Below, piece after piece: positions 1 through 14,308 of a stretch of DNA of 64,000 bases. Each line of letters begins with the position of its first letter. Within the stretch, counting starts at the first letter, position 1. The notes beneath the pieces were generated by a model. It worked only from the letters and a program-made list of their open reading frames with translations, made no database searches and was not told the origin of the DNA. Location of the stretch: NCBI GenBank assembly GCA_026023565.1, contig JAPETS010000021.1, forward strand, positions 186,001 to 250,000, given 5' to 3'. The position numbers and the translations under genes were made by a program. This DNA is from Cirrosporium novae-zelandiae (lineage: Eukaryota).

Positions 1-784
1 GTTCAAGTCTTCCATACACACCACCACTACAACACTCCAGAAATTGTGGTCCACCATCGGCTTTCTTGTTTGTTCGCCTGGTTCCTGATTCTGTATAGCG
101 TATCCATCATCTTCCCCTCGAAATTCTGGTTGAAGTTGGAATAGTGGTAAATTTGATTTGGAAGCGCTTCTTTGTTTTGGTTCATGAAAAGTAAATTTCA
201 AGAAGAAGAAGAAGAAGCAACCTTACAAATAGTAATGCGCCTTAATAATTATCCCTCCCTAAATGCCGATGATGGATGGACAAAGCCGCAGAATGGAAGC
301 AGAAAGCGCTAAACGAGCACGCAATCCATCAAGTTCATGATGAGATTCCAAACAACGGTCACCAATAATGGAAAGTCTATCAAATACACAAATCAAGCAT
401 GAGTAATCCATTCAGCACGCAATCATTTTTTTTCTCTTCTATCGGTTCCACTCTGAGCCCTGGGTTTCTAATCTATGCTTGTTCAGTGAAGAAGTGTCAT
501 GTTAAATATAACAATAAATACTTCTCCCACTTTTTTTTTTCCAATATTCATTCCAGTGTCGTGTGCCTGTCTCTCTTCTCTATCCTTGGGTGGTTTCTTG
601 TCCGTCATCTTGACTGGCCTGCTCCGTTGACCGCAAACCAACCTCTACCTCGAACAAGAAAAAACTCCTTGACAGCTTGTGGAAACCCCACATCACAGTC
701 CCTCTTTAGACTGTCAAGATCCCTTTTTTTTCTTTTGGTTCGTCCCAGACCATTAGATATCGATAGAACTCCTGCCCTTCCAGC

Positions 785-1726
785 ATGTCCTCCTCCGAAC
801 ACGAAGAAATGGCAACTTCAAAGACCGAATTGGAATCAGGATACGCTTCAGCGTCTTCCTCCTCGCCCTCCTTTCCTCTAGTCCATCTCACCCCTTCTCA
901 CCTTACATTCTTGAACAATACGCTGGCCAATCTGCCTCCGCAAGACATCCTGAAGTGGGCTCTCCTTACCGTTCCAAATCTTTATCAAACAACGGCCCTA
1001 GGTCTTTCAGGTCTGGTCACCATGGACATGTTATCTAAGATCAACCTACCCAACCGGAAGGTCCCCGCCATCTTCCTCGACACACTCCACCACTTCTCCG
1101 AAACCCTGGATCTCCTGGACAGCATCAAGTCCCACTACCCTCGCCTGACCATCCACGTCTACAAACCATTGCACTGCGAGAGCGCAGACGAATTCGCCGC
1201 TATGCACGGTCCCGAACTCTGGAAGACCAACGAGCAACTCTACGATTACGTTGCCAAGGTCGAGCCCGCTCAACGAGCCTACTCTGAGCTCAATGTGGCA
1301 GCCGTGCTCACCGGACGTCGTCGCTCACAGGGGGCTGCTCGCTCGTCCCTCCCCGTCATCGAAATCGACGAGGCCGGCCTGCTCAAGCTAAACCCTCTCG
1401 CCAATTGGTCATTCTCCCAGGTATGGGCTTACATCAAAGAACACGACGTGCCCTACAACGCCCTAGTCGATCGCGGTTACAAGAGCGTCGGAGACTGGCA
1501 CAGCACAGAGAAAGTCAACGACAGCGATGGCGAACGCGGTGGTCGGTGGAAAGGAAGGGAGAAGACGGAATGCGGCATCCATAACCCCAGGAGCAAGTAT
1601 GCGCGCTTCCTGCGGGAGATGCAGATGAAGGAGAGTATGGAGGAGGGGGTCAGGAAGCGATTGGAGGGTGTGCAGCTAGCTCAATCAGGGTCCCAGGAAC
1701 AACCACAAGAAACCCAACAATTATAA
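785..1726 (+). CDS. MET16: PAPS (phosphoadenylyl-sulfate) reductase, single exon
   Basis: 313-aa ORF with QTTALGLSG, FLDTLHHF, TGRRRSQG, KLNPLANW, GYKSVGDWHST and the terminal ERGGRWKG..KTECGIH catalytic motif. Confidence 0.97.
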   Translation: MSSSEHEEMATSKTELESGYASASSSSPSFPLVHLTPSHLTFLNNTLANLPPQDILKWALLTVPNLYQTTALGLSGLVTMDMLSKINLPNRKVPAIFLDTLHHFSETLDLLDSIKSHYPRLTIHVYKPLHCESADEFAAMHGPELWKTNEQLYDYVAKVEPAQRAYSELNVAAVLTGRRRSQGAARSSLPVIEIDEAGLLKLNPLANWSFSQVWAYIKEHDVPYNALVDRGYKSVGDWHSTEKVNDSDGERGGRWKGREKTECGIHNPRSKYARFLREMQMKESMEEGVRKRLEGVQLAQSGSQEQPQETQQL

Positions 1727-2387
1727 CAATGCATAGCCCGAGTCGAGGCAAATGTATTGTAGATTTTTTTTGGCTGGATTGGTTAACGTTACCTTTTTGG
1801 GTTTTTTAGCATGGCGCTGGTGGATTTCTTTTCATGTTTGTAATGATTGATGTACATTTTGCGTACCTGTCGGTCTTGACGGTGAATGATGGATGGGATA
1901 GACGACAAAAATATTTTTATGCATGTTTTGATGTTGAACGAATGTTGGATCTAAAAAAAAAAGGGTTAGCCCTCTTGGTAAAAAAAAAAAGATTTAATGT
2001 ACATGTACTGTACCATGATTAAGCTTGACCTACTCTAAACGTGCCGACCTGTATGTAGTGCGCATGTAATTTTGTCACGGCAGGAGCGAACTGGGGTTCT
2101 TGAACCAATCCTGTTGGCTGTATATTGAGGCCTTTGGTAAAATAAGGGCAACAGTGGATTAAGATGGAACTCGAAAATAAATTGAAATATAGCAACTCTA
2201 TTTTACTTTTTCTATGGGCGCCTAAGTTTGTCCAAAAGCCCCCTGCCCTCCTCTATGTTATGCTTGGCTCCACGCCCATTCTCCTGATCTACCAACAGTT
2301 ATCCGGTCGCCTAGGACCAAAGTCCGTTCGTGGCCTCAGGTGTCTAGCAATGACAGCCTATCATGAGGGGTACGTGATCGTCCTAGC

Positions 2388-4347
<1,960 letters not shown>

Positions 4348-4737
4348 CTATCAGAGAAATAGTCAATTGAAAGAGACGGGTAGAAAATATAGGATGGGAG
4401 GATCGGACAGGAACAGTAGGTGAAGGTTAGCGTAAGACTTTGTAGTTTGGGACAGTTGTCGAAGGCGGAGACAGCGAATCAATTTATCAAAAAGAAATTT
4501 TACTTGGCCTCGCACCTCAAGATCGGCCGGGAATGGATGATTCCGTTTGAGCTATCGTTTTAGAATCAGGTTAAATCATGTTCCTGAAGCTTTCTTCGTA
4601 CACTGAGGTTACTGAGGTTTACTGATGTTGCTAAGGTGGCTTTTCTTTTACACGCGGCAGTCCATCACTTTTAGATTGCAGGTGCGTGATAACCCAATGC
4701 CAAGAGATACCAAACTGACCACCATGTAATCCATTCC

Positions 4738-4782
4738 ATGTAATCAATGTAATCAACGTAATCAACGTAATCAATGTAATCA
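4738..4782. repeat. Five tandem copies of 9-bp unit A(T/C)GTAATCA in the MET3/Rieske-A divergent intergenic region
   Basis: ATGTAATCA ATGTAATCA ACGTAATCA ACGTAATCA ATGTAATCA read directly. Confidence 0.9.
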
Positions 4783-4852
4783 ACTTGAATTGACACAAAG
4801 ATCATCAAAGTGACCGAGCAACCAAAGCCGTCCAAATGTCGTGATCAGCTAG

Positions 4853-4861
4853 GTCACGTGA
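4853..4861. promoter_or_regulatory. GTCACGTGA E-box (Cbf1/CDEI-type bHLH site) about 600 bp upstream of MET3
   Basis: Exact RTCACGTG match; Cbf1 uses this motif at yeast MET promoters; function here is inferred. Confidence 0.4.
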
Positions 4862-5306
4862 ATTCTCTTGGTCAATTTCAAATGTCGACAAACTCCAATC
4901 CCAAGATATAAAACCACATACGTATACCTGAACCAATGTACCACAATAGTAGCATTAGTACAACCATAACTACACTTAGTTCCTTGTCTTCAGAATCAGA
5001 CTTTCCATTATACTTTTGTACCTGTCGTGTAGATGCAGTCTGTTATCCTTATCAGACCCCTCCTTGTGATGCCATTTTTGCATCGTTCTGCAATGGGATC
5101 TTCTATCCATTTACGGCGAAGTGCAAAATATCCCAACATCATGCTAGGCCTTTATTCACCATGGGTAATAAGACATGAATATAACTTTGGAAATGCCGAA
5201 CAGTTTCTGTATAAAAGCAAAATCTTAATCTATCGTTTCAACTGTCTAGCAGCTTCCCGTTTATTCAGCCATATTAGAACCATACCCGTCCCAACCAGTC
5301 CAAAAG

Positions 5307-6586
5307 ATGTCTCCCCTCAACAAAACACTTCCGGCTTCATGGTACACAAGCTCGCCGCTCTATCAACTCGAGAAACGTTCCGTCTTCTCCCAAGTAATAC
5401 GGCCTTCAGCAATAAATGATAAAATTGGCTGACCGGTAGTGCTACAGTCCTGGTACCTACTCGGTCCAATTACCCGCTTTATTAATGAAGACAACGTTCA
5501 GTATGAGCTTGCTCAAGTGAGGCTTCATGTGTGCAAAGACACGTCCTTGCCACAAGAACCATTGCCACGAGCGTTGAAAGTTATTAACTCGGAAGATGTA
5601 TGGCAGCTTCTGTTAGACTCCTGTCTCTTCATTGACTGAACTACTCTTGGGTAGGGCACAGAGTTGAAAAGCCACATAACTTCAAGTGGCCTACTCTTCA
5701 CGTCTCTTTCAAACGATGCTCCAGACTTCGAGGAATATTTTCCTGAACTCGAGCCACTTTTGGCTCAAGTCGACTTCACAAAGTTGCCATATAGGAAAAG
5801 CTTAAGCTATGAAGGGAATTTCAACTGGAAAACAATGTAAGATTTCACTGCTAACCATGAAGCCAAATTCCATGAATCTTTAGAATTGACTTCTCTGTCC
5901 AATTGAGGGTCGATGGATATCAGGAATGCCTTCACTGCCCCTATACCCATCCGTCCTTTGCAAATTTTTACCCAACAACCTTCTATACTGTTCATAATCA
6001 TGGCGCATTTTCCCGCCATATTGCTGATCCTGACAAGCCTGATGATGGGTTGTTCCTATTCTTTTTTCCCATATGTAAGTGACTGGCAGCTACGCTCAAT
6101 CTTGTCAGAGCTAGGGCTTATCGCGACCTATATCTAAAGGTACGCTCAATGTCTATGGTGGAGGCATGTCCTGCTTTCGTGTCTGCCCCACAACCGATCC
6201 CAATATTACTCGTATGGAGTTTGACTACTATCACCTTGAAGATGGTGAAGCCTTCGAAAAATACTTTCGTTTCGTTAGGCAAGTAGCTCTGGAAGACTTT
6301 GAGCTCTGCGAAAAAGCCCAAGCAAACCTAAAACTTGGTGTTTATAGCCAAGGGATTCTCAATCCTATCAAGGAATCGGGCGTAGCTCGTGAGTACTACC
6401 ATCTCCACCAATTGTCTATTCTAGGCGGCTAACAAAATGGTTAAAGACTATCAGCAACGGGTTCGAAAGCTCGTCTGTCTCCAATTTGAGATTGAAAGAG
6501 AGGGGGCTTCTCCATCAAAATACCAGGAGTCATCTTCAAACGGTATAAACAGCACACCAGGATCAACCGTTCAGGTCATTCATTGA
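5307..6586 (+). CDS. Rieske oxygenase alpha-subunit-like protein A (choline monooxygenase-like): catalytic mononuclear-iron domain intact, Rieske cluster motif absent; exons 5307-5393, 5448-5597, 5655-5836, 5908-6074, 6140-6388, 6447-6586
   Basis: Spliced translation MSPLNKTLPASWYTSSPLYQLEKRSVFSQSWYLLG...NFNWKTMVDGYQECLHCPYTHPSF...VALEDFELCEKAQANLKLGVYSQGILNPIKESGVAHYQ; five GT-AG introns keep the frame. Confidence 0.85.
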
Positions 6587-7373
6587 ATCTCGCATGCAGC
6601 TTTCAATTTGTTTGTTTGACATTGTCTTGATTAATTGTATATTGATCAAGGAGGGGGGTAGTGTTCTTATGGGGTATTCAACATATTCAACAAATAGTGC
6701 TTACCATCATCGTCGATAATGAGCCAACCGTATCCTTGACATAATTGTACTGTACAAATGACGCAGCAGCTCGACTTTAATTACCCCACCATTGCCCCTA
6801 CTTCCTACTTCACCTTCTCACTCTCATGTACTGTACAGCAACACAACTCGACCCTTCATAGATCAATAGGCATCTGCTGTAGGATACTCTTCCCATCACA
6901 AGTTCCCACTCAAAACAGTGCACCCAATTTTTCACAATGTGGCTATGGCGCAACTTGGCCATTCAGAGCTCTCACCTTCTCCACCTTTCAATCCAGGAAA
7001 TTTTCGCCGTAAAGGGTAAACTCGACTTTGGATCTACATATGGGTTAGACTATGCATAAAGATAAGGATGCGACTAATAAAATATTCCCACCGCTGTCAA
7101 GCATAGCATGTCTTTGCTGTCTATAGAAAGGGAACCCCGAAAGGGGATCTCGTATCCCACCACAAGCATGAATGAATCCCTGGTTTCATCCTGATCGAAG
7201 AAGCTTAATAAGCCCTGGTTTATTTTGGCACCGTTATCTTGAAATTCATTCATGACCCGATTCTTTATAAAAATGGGAGCACCGGCGAGTTGGGAAATGT
7301 AAAATGCGAAATCATACTATATGATATATTTATTACCAAACAAAAAAGTAGATTTGTCTAATTAAATTTGCCC

Positions 7374-8909
7374 ATGGAAGATTCTAATTTGTCCAACAAC
7401 ATCTCGCTCTCCATGTTTGAAGACTTGCTCGTGCTCATTCCTGCTCTTGTTGTCATACCTTTCCTTTTCTACATCTCTAAACACCACCACCATAAGGCAA
7501 AGCAACCCCCTGAGGGGTTTGCGAGCCAGGTGCCGCTTGATGTTCCCTGGCTCCAGTCATCCAAGCTCCATGCCCTCGAGCACCGCGCCCTCCTAGCGGA
7601 TTTTCCTATATATACTGGCCACACCTCCCACATACCCCATCCCGGCTCCTATGCAAGCCCCCCACATGCCCCCCTTCCAATATTCCTCATCCGAGGCAAA
7701 GACTCCCGTATCCGCACATTCCATAACGTCTGCCGGCACCGAGCATATACGGTGGTGAGGAAAGAGCGTGGGAAGGCATTGGTGGTTAGATGCCGCTATC
7801 ACGGATGGTGCTATGACTGGAAGGGAAGCCTGGTTAAAGCACCGAGCTTTGAACTCGGGGATACCAAAGAGGAGAATAGGCTTTGGGTGGTCAAGACAAA
7901 GGCAATCGATGAAGGGATTTTGGTAAGCTGGTTCGGCAGCGGTGTTGCTGTTGCACCGTTGAAGGATCTACAGCTGCTGGAGAAATGGACAAAAAGATGG
8001 GACATTAAGAATGCGGGAGAGATGGTTAAAAACTGGAGTATAGCAGGTAGATTTAATTGGAAAGTTATAGGTATGTGTGTGGGAATATTGTGTCTTCATG
8101 TGATGATGATGGTGATGATGGTGGTGGAAGGAGAAGTTACTGAGCTCTTAAGTAGATTGGGAAAGCGAGCCCATTATAACTACCACCCAGCCTAATAATG
8201 CATCATCACCATCACGGGTACTTCCCTGGCTGTGGCAGCAATCGGAAAGAGGATGTCACCTTCGACCATTCACAAAATTCCACGCCTTTGGTCGTCGATC
8301 CGGCTGGCTCGCCATCGTACTTCTCCCCACGTCTGCCACGACCACAGCCGTTCATTTCGAACTTCATCAATGCGGTGGTGATGATAATGATGACTACTCA
8401 GTGAACGAAAAATTCGTGAGGAAGCTTGAGGAGGAGATGCAAATGAAAGTCCGTCGTTGGGAACTTAAGCAGGAGGAGTTGGAGTATGACGATGGGTAAG
8501 TTTAGTTGCACACACAAGACAAAAAATTTCGCCATCTTTTGAGAGAGAGAGAGAGAGACGGGGTGGGGGGGGGGGGGGGAAAAAATGAAATGTTTTTAAC
8601 AAAATAATTGCTTTAGAACTACTACGAGAGCATGGCCGAAGTCGCATCAATGGATGCTTCCCATCATACGGAATCATCTGAAGTTAGAGCAAGAACAAAG
8701 ACAAGAGATCCACCCGGCTGCGATGCAAAAAAATGATGCAGATGAAGACCTAGAGGCTATACAACGTAAGTCCCAACTATTTTTTTTGCTTTAGGAACTT
8801 TTTGTCATTAATTACAATGCATATAGTATGCAAAGACCTGGAGCGTCCGCAGGGACTTTGTTCAACGAATCACGCCGAGCAGGGGAAAAGAGTGGACCTG
8901 ATTTGGTGA
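7374..8909 (+). CDS. Rieske oxygenase alpha-subunit-like protein B: Rieske [2Fe-2S] motif intact, N-terminal TM helix, iron-binding catalytic motif absent; exons 7374-8070, 8156-8495, 8617-8765, 8827-8909
   Basis: FHNVCRHRAY...RCRYHGWCYDWKGSLVKAP; FNWKVI followed by DWESEPIITT with no ExxHCxxxH; C-terminal NHLKLEQEQRQEIHPAA...LCKDLE...DLIW* tail as in fungal Rieske proteins. Confidence 0.85.
8541..8579. repeat. (GA)n microsatellite followed by a poly-G run inside intron 2 of Rieske gene B
   Basis: gagagagagagagagaga cggggtggggggggggggggg. Confidence 0.85.
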
Positions 8910-9243
8910 TGTTGTTGTTGTTGCTGGAACTGAAAAAGTCAAGGGGACTAGGACGGTCTCGAATGCTTGCGTGAATCATAGCGATTGTGATAGATCTTAA
9001 TTAGTGGCCATGGGCTGGAGAGGGTAGATGGGAATTTGGTTTATTTCACACCCTCACGAGTACGGCAAGAGAAAAAACAAGGACAGTTTCATATCGAGGA
9101 ACTCCTCGTCCCCTCCTTGCTCCAGATAATTTCATCAGAGTAAACATCCAAACGGTGTATAACAAAGTTTTAACCGATAAGAACCAGAAGCACAGGAATT
9201 GACTAATGGCTCTTTAAAAGGTACAGTAGATCATCCTCAAGCA

Positions 9244-10889
9244 CTAGGGGAACCCTATTTTAACACATCCCCATGAACACCCCCTCCTTAGCAATGGCAC
9301 CCCCTGCCCTTCGTTAATACTCGTGCTAAGATATTCCAAATCCCTCATCGGAAACTGTGGCGGCACACAGCTCCACCATTCCACCCATTCTGTCCTAGGT
9401 AGCACAAAATCTCTCCTACACACACTGCATTTCCTCCCACCCTCCTCTTTGATTCTAACGGCCTCCTTAAGCGATCTGAACACCGCTGTGGAAGCGTCTT
9501 GTGGGAGAAGAGAAGATAGATGTGGGAGGAAAGGGCTGGAAGAGCAGGTACGGAGACAGTGTTCGAGAAGAGAAGGCACATGAGAATTTTGTGGAGGTGG
9601 TGGCGTAGAATTTAACTTGGATCGAGATACTGAGGGGGTTTTTGCAATTGTAATGGTATAGTTGGTAAGTGGGCGGCTTTGATTATCAAGAAAAGAGGGG
9701 GGGGTAAAGGATAAGAATGTTGGCTCCCAGGATAGAGGCCCTTCTTGAGAATCAACGCCAAGGGGAGCGTTGCCTCCAGTTGGAGCTATCGGCTCTAACT
9801 GTGCAGCCGGGGTTGATTTGGTTGAAATCGAGGTCATTGATTGTACAGATCCAGGAAAATCCCTTGCTTCGCAGAATGGATTGGGATATATACTTAGTAT
9901 TTTTAAATTCCTGTTCTTCCCAATAAGAAGTAGTAGAATTTCCCATGGTAGCCATTTCAACTTATTGCCGCTCACATTTAGCTCGACGAGGTTTGAAAGC
10001 TTATGGATAGCAGGAGGTATTTCTGTCAGTTTGTTGTTTTGAAGACTAAGCACGGTGAGATTATCAAAGTCAAATAGGGAACCGGGAAGAGATCGGAGGA
10101 TATTATGGGAGAGAAAGATGTGAAGAGACGGAGTCAGAGGCGCATAAAACTCTTGTGAAGGTGGGAAGAAATGCGCAGGTGGATGGCGAGTGAGGCATTT
10201 CAAGGGTTCAATCATATCACTGGTGAGCGATTTTAGACCAAGGTCGCTGGCGAAAAGGGCTAGTTAGCAAGTCTTGATAAACAATGAAGACAAACGGGGA
10301 ATACAAACGAGATATCTATATTTTCTTTTCCTTCCTCTAGACAGGCTTGGATGATTTGATTCGCCTTTTCCTCGAATGGATCGTGACCAGAATGGGCAGT
10401 CACAAGTTGAGGATAATTTGGATTGAATAACCAATTGACATTTGTTGCATCTTCTCTTCCAATATACGAACTGCCGTCAGTTATCTCCACTGAACTAGCC
10501 TCACTTCCTATCCAGACACCACTATCTAGGTTGCGGTGAAATTCGCGTTCCCATTTCTCCATAGTTTGGTGCGATTCACCAGCTTCTATATCCTCTTGTT
10601 CGACATTACCCCACCAGCCTCCCCGATATGTCCTCTTCTTTCTCTTCTTCTCGGGTAGATTGATGTAATCTTCCGCAGACGGCTCGCTGTCATCACTAGA
10701 AAAAAGCGGCGGATCGCTAGAGCTGCAATTTCCTGTGCTATCACAATATACCCATCGTGGCCTTTTACGGCTGTTGCATGTGGTCTGCGAAAAAGAACTA
10801 GCGCGTGAGAGAGGTGGGGATGGTGATGGTAGAGGAGGTAACTGGAGTACGTCTTGTTCGTCAGAATCATATATTGACTCTTCCATCAT
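9244..10889 (-). CDS. Leucine-rich repeat protein with BC-box-like segment and Cys-rich C-terminus; one intron about 10247-10308
   Basis: Acidic N-terminus, NIDIS|DLGLKSL junction, LRRs (LSHNILRSLP, LSLQNNKLTEIP, LNVSGNKLKWLP), PSLLEHCLRTC, CSVC, GCSWGC. Confidence 0.85.
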
Positions 10890-11659
10890 AGCAAGAGCAC
10901 GTAATAGCTCAGGATCTAGGAGAAATCACTAGGCAGTAACAATAATTTTATAAGGACTTGAGTAACTATTTAATCCGATAGACGCGCCTGTGTCTTGTTG
11001 CGTTAGAGGGACACGCTAAGATTGGCTAGATATCAGTCGCTAATCTGTACTTATCGGTTCATCTTATCTGCTTGCCCGCATTACTCAGCAATTAATTATA
11101 GAGCACTGGATCCATTGTGGTAGGAATAGCACAAATGAATATTTATTCTTTTATGCCTAAAGCTAAAGTCAAAGGTGAGTTACTTTAAAGTTCCCACTTT
11201 AAATAGTTGATAGAGTATCTAATAATTAGAATATATGATCAAGCTATTATGTTGACTAGAGCCAAACTTTGCACTGGACAAATACCATACATATTATGCC
11301 ATAATAAAAAAGTATGCGCTTCTAATCAACACGGAAAAAGAAACCACTTTTATAATCCATTATTCAAGCTCCAAGCCCTCAAACACGTTCCAACATCCAT
11401 CGTGAAGATAATAACAAGCCATAGCATACATCAAACCATTATCCGTCGAACCCACTAGCCCTCCGCCAAATCACACCTCAAGTGGAAATCAAATAGCTCT
11501 CCGAAGGTAAGGCAACACGTATTAAGAAACGAACAGGAAATATCGAGATAGACGAAGCAAAGAGAAATGCGAACCAAAGCAGCAGGATACCCGGGAAACC
11601 AAGTTCCATTATCACTACACACCATCCCTGGGCTCCAATTCCTATAACTAAGACCCGCG

Positions 11660-12058
11660 TTACATTGCAGATCCAAACACGACTGCCATCATTCCTGCGA
11701 TAGCAATAACGCCCACACTGCCCTTTTCAATAGCTGCAGCTCCTGCTGATTTCGTCGCGGTTCCAGTTGCGGTTCCAGTCCCAGTCGCAGTCCCAGCCAC
11801 AGTTCCGGTCATTGTTAGGTTAGATACGCTTGAAGCATGTGCCGCGCCAGTTGAAGCTATTGTAGACGTTTCTGACGTTGAATTGCTCATCGGATAGAAT
11901 GTTGACGAGCTGTAAACTGAGGTCACAGTTGTCGCATGGACAACGGTATAAGTCGTCGTCTGTGTTGTTGTTGCCGTAGAAGCTGATGCCGCCTCGGCAT
12001 CGAGCGCGAGGGCGAGGAGCAAAGGGCAGAGAATCGTAATGAGGCTTGCGACGTGCAT
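11660..12058 (-). CDS. Small secreted Ser/Thr-rich protein, probably GPI-anchored cell-surface protein
   Basis: Signal peptide MHVASLITILCPLLLALALDAEAA, Thr/Ser-rich core, GTAT repeats, hydrophobic C-terminal tail after SAG. Confidence 0.8.
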   Translation of the reverse strand: MHVASLITILCPLLLALALDAEAASASTATTTQTTTYTVVHATTVTSVYSSSTFYPMSNSTSETSTIASTGAAHASSVSNLTMTGTVAGTATGTGTATGTATKSAGAAAIEKGSVGVIAIAGMMAVVFGSAM

Positions 12059-13733
12059 TTTGGAGGTCTGTTTTGCTAAACGAGTAGACAATAGGTCGGC
12101 GCAAGATATACAGATATCCTTTTCTTGCTGTTGAGGAATTTAGATCTCGCGGAGATCCAACTAGTAAAGACGGTGTCTAGAAGGTCTAATCGAAGGAGAC
12201 GATTCAATGGATTGGAATAAGAAGCGTCCAATGATAACCTGAATATTGGTGCTAAATCACAAACTATGAAATGTTGCCTGACTGGTAGTTTTTATGTCAA
12301 GAGAGAGTAGTTGGAGCGCTGCTCGAATAAAGATAAAGGAAGGAGTGTATGAGTGGACGTCAAGATGCGATCCTAGATACAAGATGTAGGGGGGAGCCAA
12401 AGGGTAAGGAGAAGTAAATGATGGGCATACAACCCTACTTAACAGCCAGCAAGGCCTGCTTGGATGATAGGACTTGAATTGGGAAATGCTTATCGCAATA
12501 GTTACAGTAGTCACAATAGTCGCAATAGTTTTCTGTCAGTCTTCTAAAAGAAAACAGCCATTGGCTATAAAAGCCAACGGATATCACATTCATGCCATTG
12601 GATTGGTCAACAGCCGCCGTTCTCGTGGCCGTCTCAGGCTGTCCCTGGCGGTAACTAGTAAATGGTACACCGGCTTGCCTGAAGCTGGCACCAGAGATGT
12701 TTTCAAACCATTTAAAGACAAACATAAAACACCAACACCATAGAAACTTAGAAAGTGAGGGAGGCTAGTCTATCGCACAGCGATGATCTAACAGCTTGTA
12801 CAACGCTGTGTAGTATTTTTTTTCTGCATTAGGTAAGACAAAAAACACGATAGGCACGACATGTCAAATAAAAAACCAATAAAAGGGAAACTACTACGTA
12901 GTATACAGTGTAGTGTGTTATGTAGTTGGATTACTAGAATAGCTTAAGAGCCTAAGAGTGAAAAGTTTTCTCTCGCTAAATTCACTCGAATGATTACGGT
13001 CCATGCTGCAAGAGATTAAATGATGGGAAATTGCAAGTGTCATCAACAATTAACTTCACACCTGGTTTGCGAAGACCGCTAAACCAAATACGTTCAATGG
13101 AGCCTCTCGGTTGGCATGAGATATCGGCAATTACTCGAGACCATCCGATCAGCCAATACTTTACCTTGGATATTTCCATCCTTTTTCATTGTGCATTACG
13201 CAGAACCTGGGGAAATAAACCATTCGCCGGCCCGATGATACTAATATTATTAACAATATCGACCTTAAAGGTTGATAATGTCTGTAAATAGTAAACCTGC
13301 GAGTGCATATATATATTCAAGATTTGTCGCTCAAAGAGCTCAAACAGTGCTGTCATTAATCCAGTATTGTCATTGACCATGCGCCGTACATGAGAAATAT
13401 ACAATATCCAGACTCCAGTTGTTTTTTTTGTTGTTGTAGCATCAGGGTTCTAAATCTTCTATGTTCCAAGGATTTATTATAGATATTGAGCCAAGGGTGT
13501 CATTCCACACCAACTTCCAAGTGACCCAATCGAGGCTTTGTGGATGGAGGCGAGACTTGTTGAACAGAAGGCTCTATGCAAGAATTACGTATGTCTCTAG
13601 CTTAAAAATAACCAATATTGATAGAAGATTCTTGTTTTTTTTTATCATCATTAGCACTTGATGCTCGGATTGAGCCAGGATGACCATATTCCCCCGATAA
13701 CTCTTATCGGTCCTCTTGTTCAGATATCCTATA

Positions 13734-14308
13734 TTACATATTATGATTTCTTGCCATAATCAATGGGCGTCGATGAGCTCTGAGGAATGCTTGTGTTGCT
13801 ATTGGTGAGGTTTCCGCAGTGCGAATGACACTGCCTATGGACATGAAGAACCTGTGGGAAAAGATATGTTGGCTTGACATTGTGGCCCCAAGAATTCTCT
13901 GGTGGTGACATACCCGAAAGTAGCCGCAGACCCAAGCATGTACTTGCCCAATGTCCTTACAACGCCATTAGGGCCTGCCCCATATTGAAATATGTTGACC
14001 CCTCCTGTAAGATATTAGCATCAAGATAGATGGAGTGCAATTATTGCTCGAAGATCGTACCAAACAGGAACCCAATGATGAGGCCAACAGCTTTAAGAGA
14101 ATCAGCGCAAGAATTTAAAACGCATAGGCATAGATAAAAACGTACAGCCTCCCATCACAGCTCCCATCTTCCCTATTATACATCAGTAACTAGTAACCAA
14201 AATCAAGGATGACCGTTATAGATATTTTGGATGGGATGCCCTCTCACATTTGTCAAATGTCGATGGACCCTGTGAACCACTTGGTATGGATCCTACCGGA
14301 ACTGGCAT
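13734..14308 (-). CDS. MGR2: Mgr2/Romo1 (TIM23 complex subunit), 5 short exons, not in ORF track
   Basis: Spliced [81 protein letters not shown]...NHNM*. Confidence 0.9.

Noticed and set aside
1..230. Open minus-strand frame running off the left edge
   Set aside because: No recognisable motif or clear start; cannot be called from this fragment
399..881. 160-aa plus-strand ORF overlapping the MET16 start
   Set aside because: Low-complexity, homopolymer-derived composition typical of promoter or 5' UTR sequence
4738..4782. Tandem repeat considered as a CRISPR-like array
   Set aside because: Eukaryotic context, 9-bp units with no spacers
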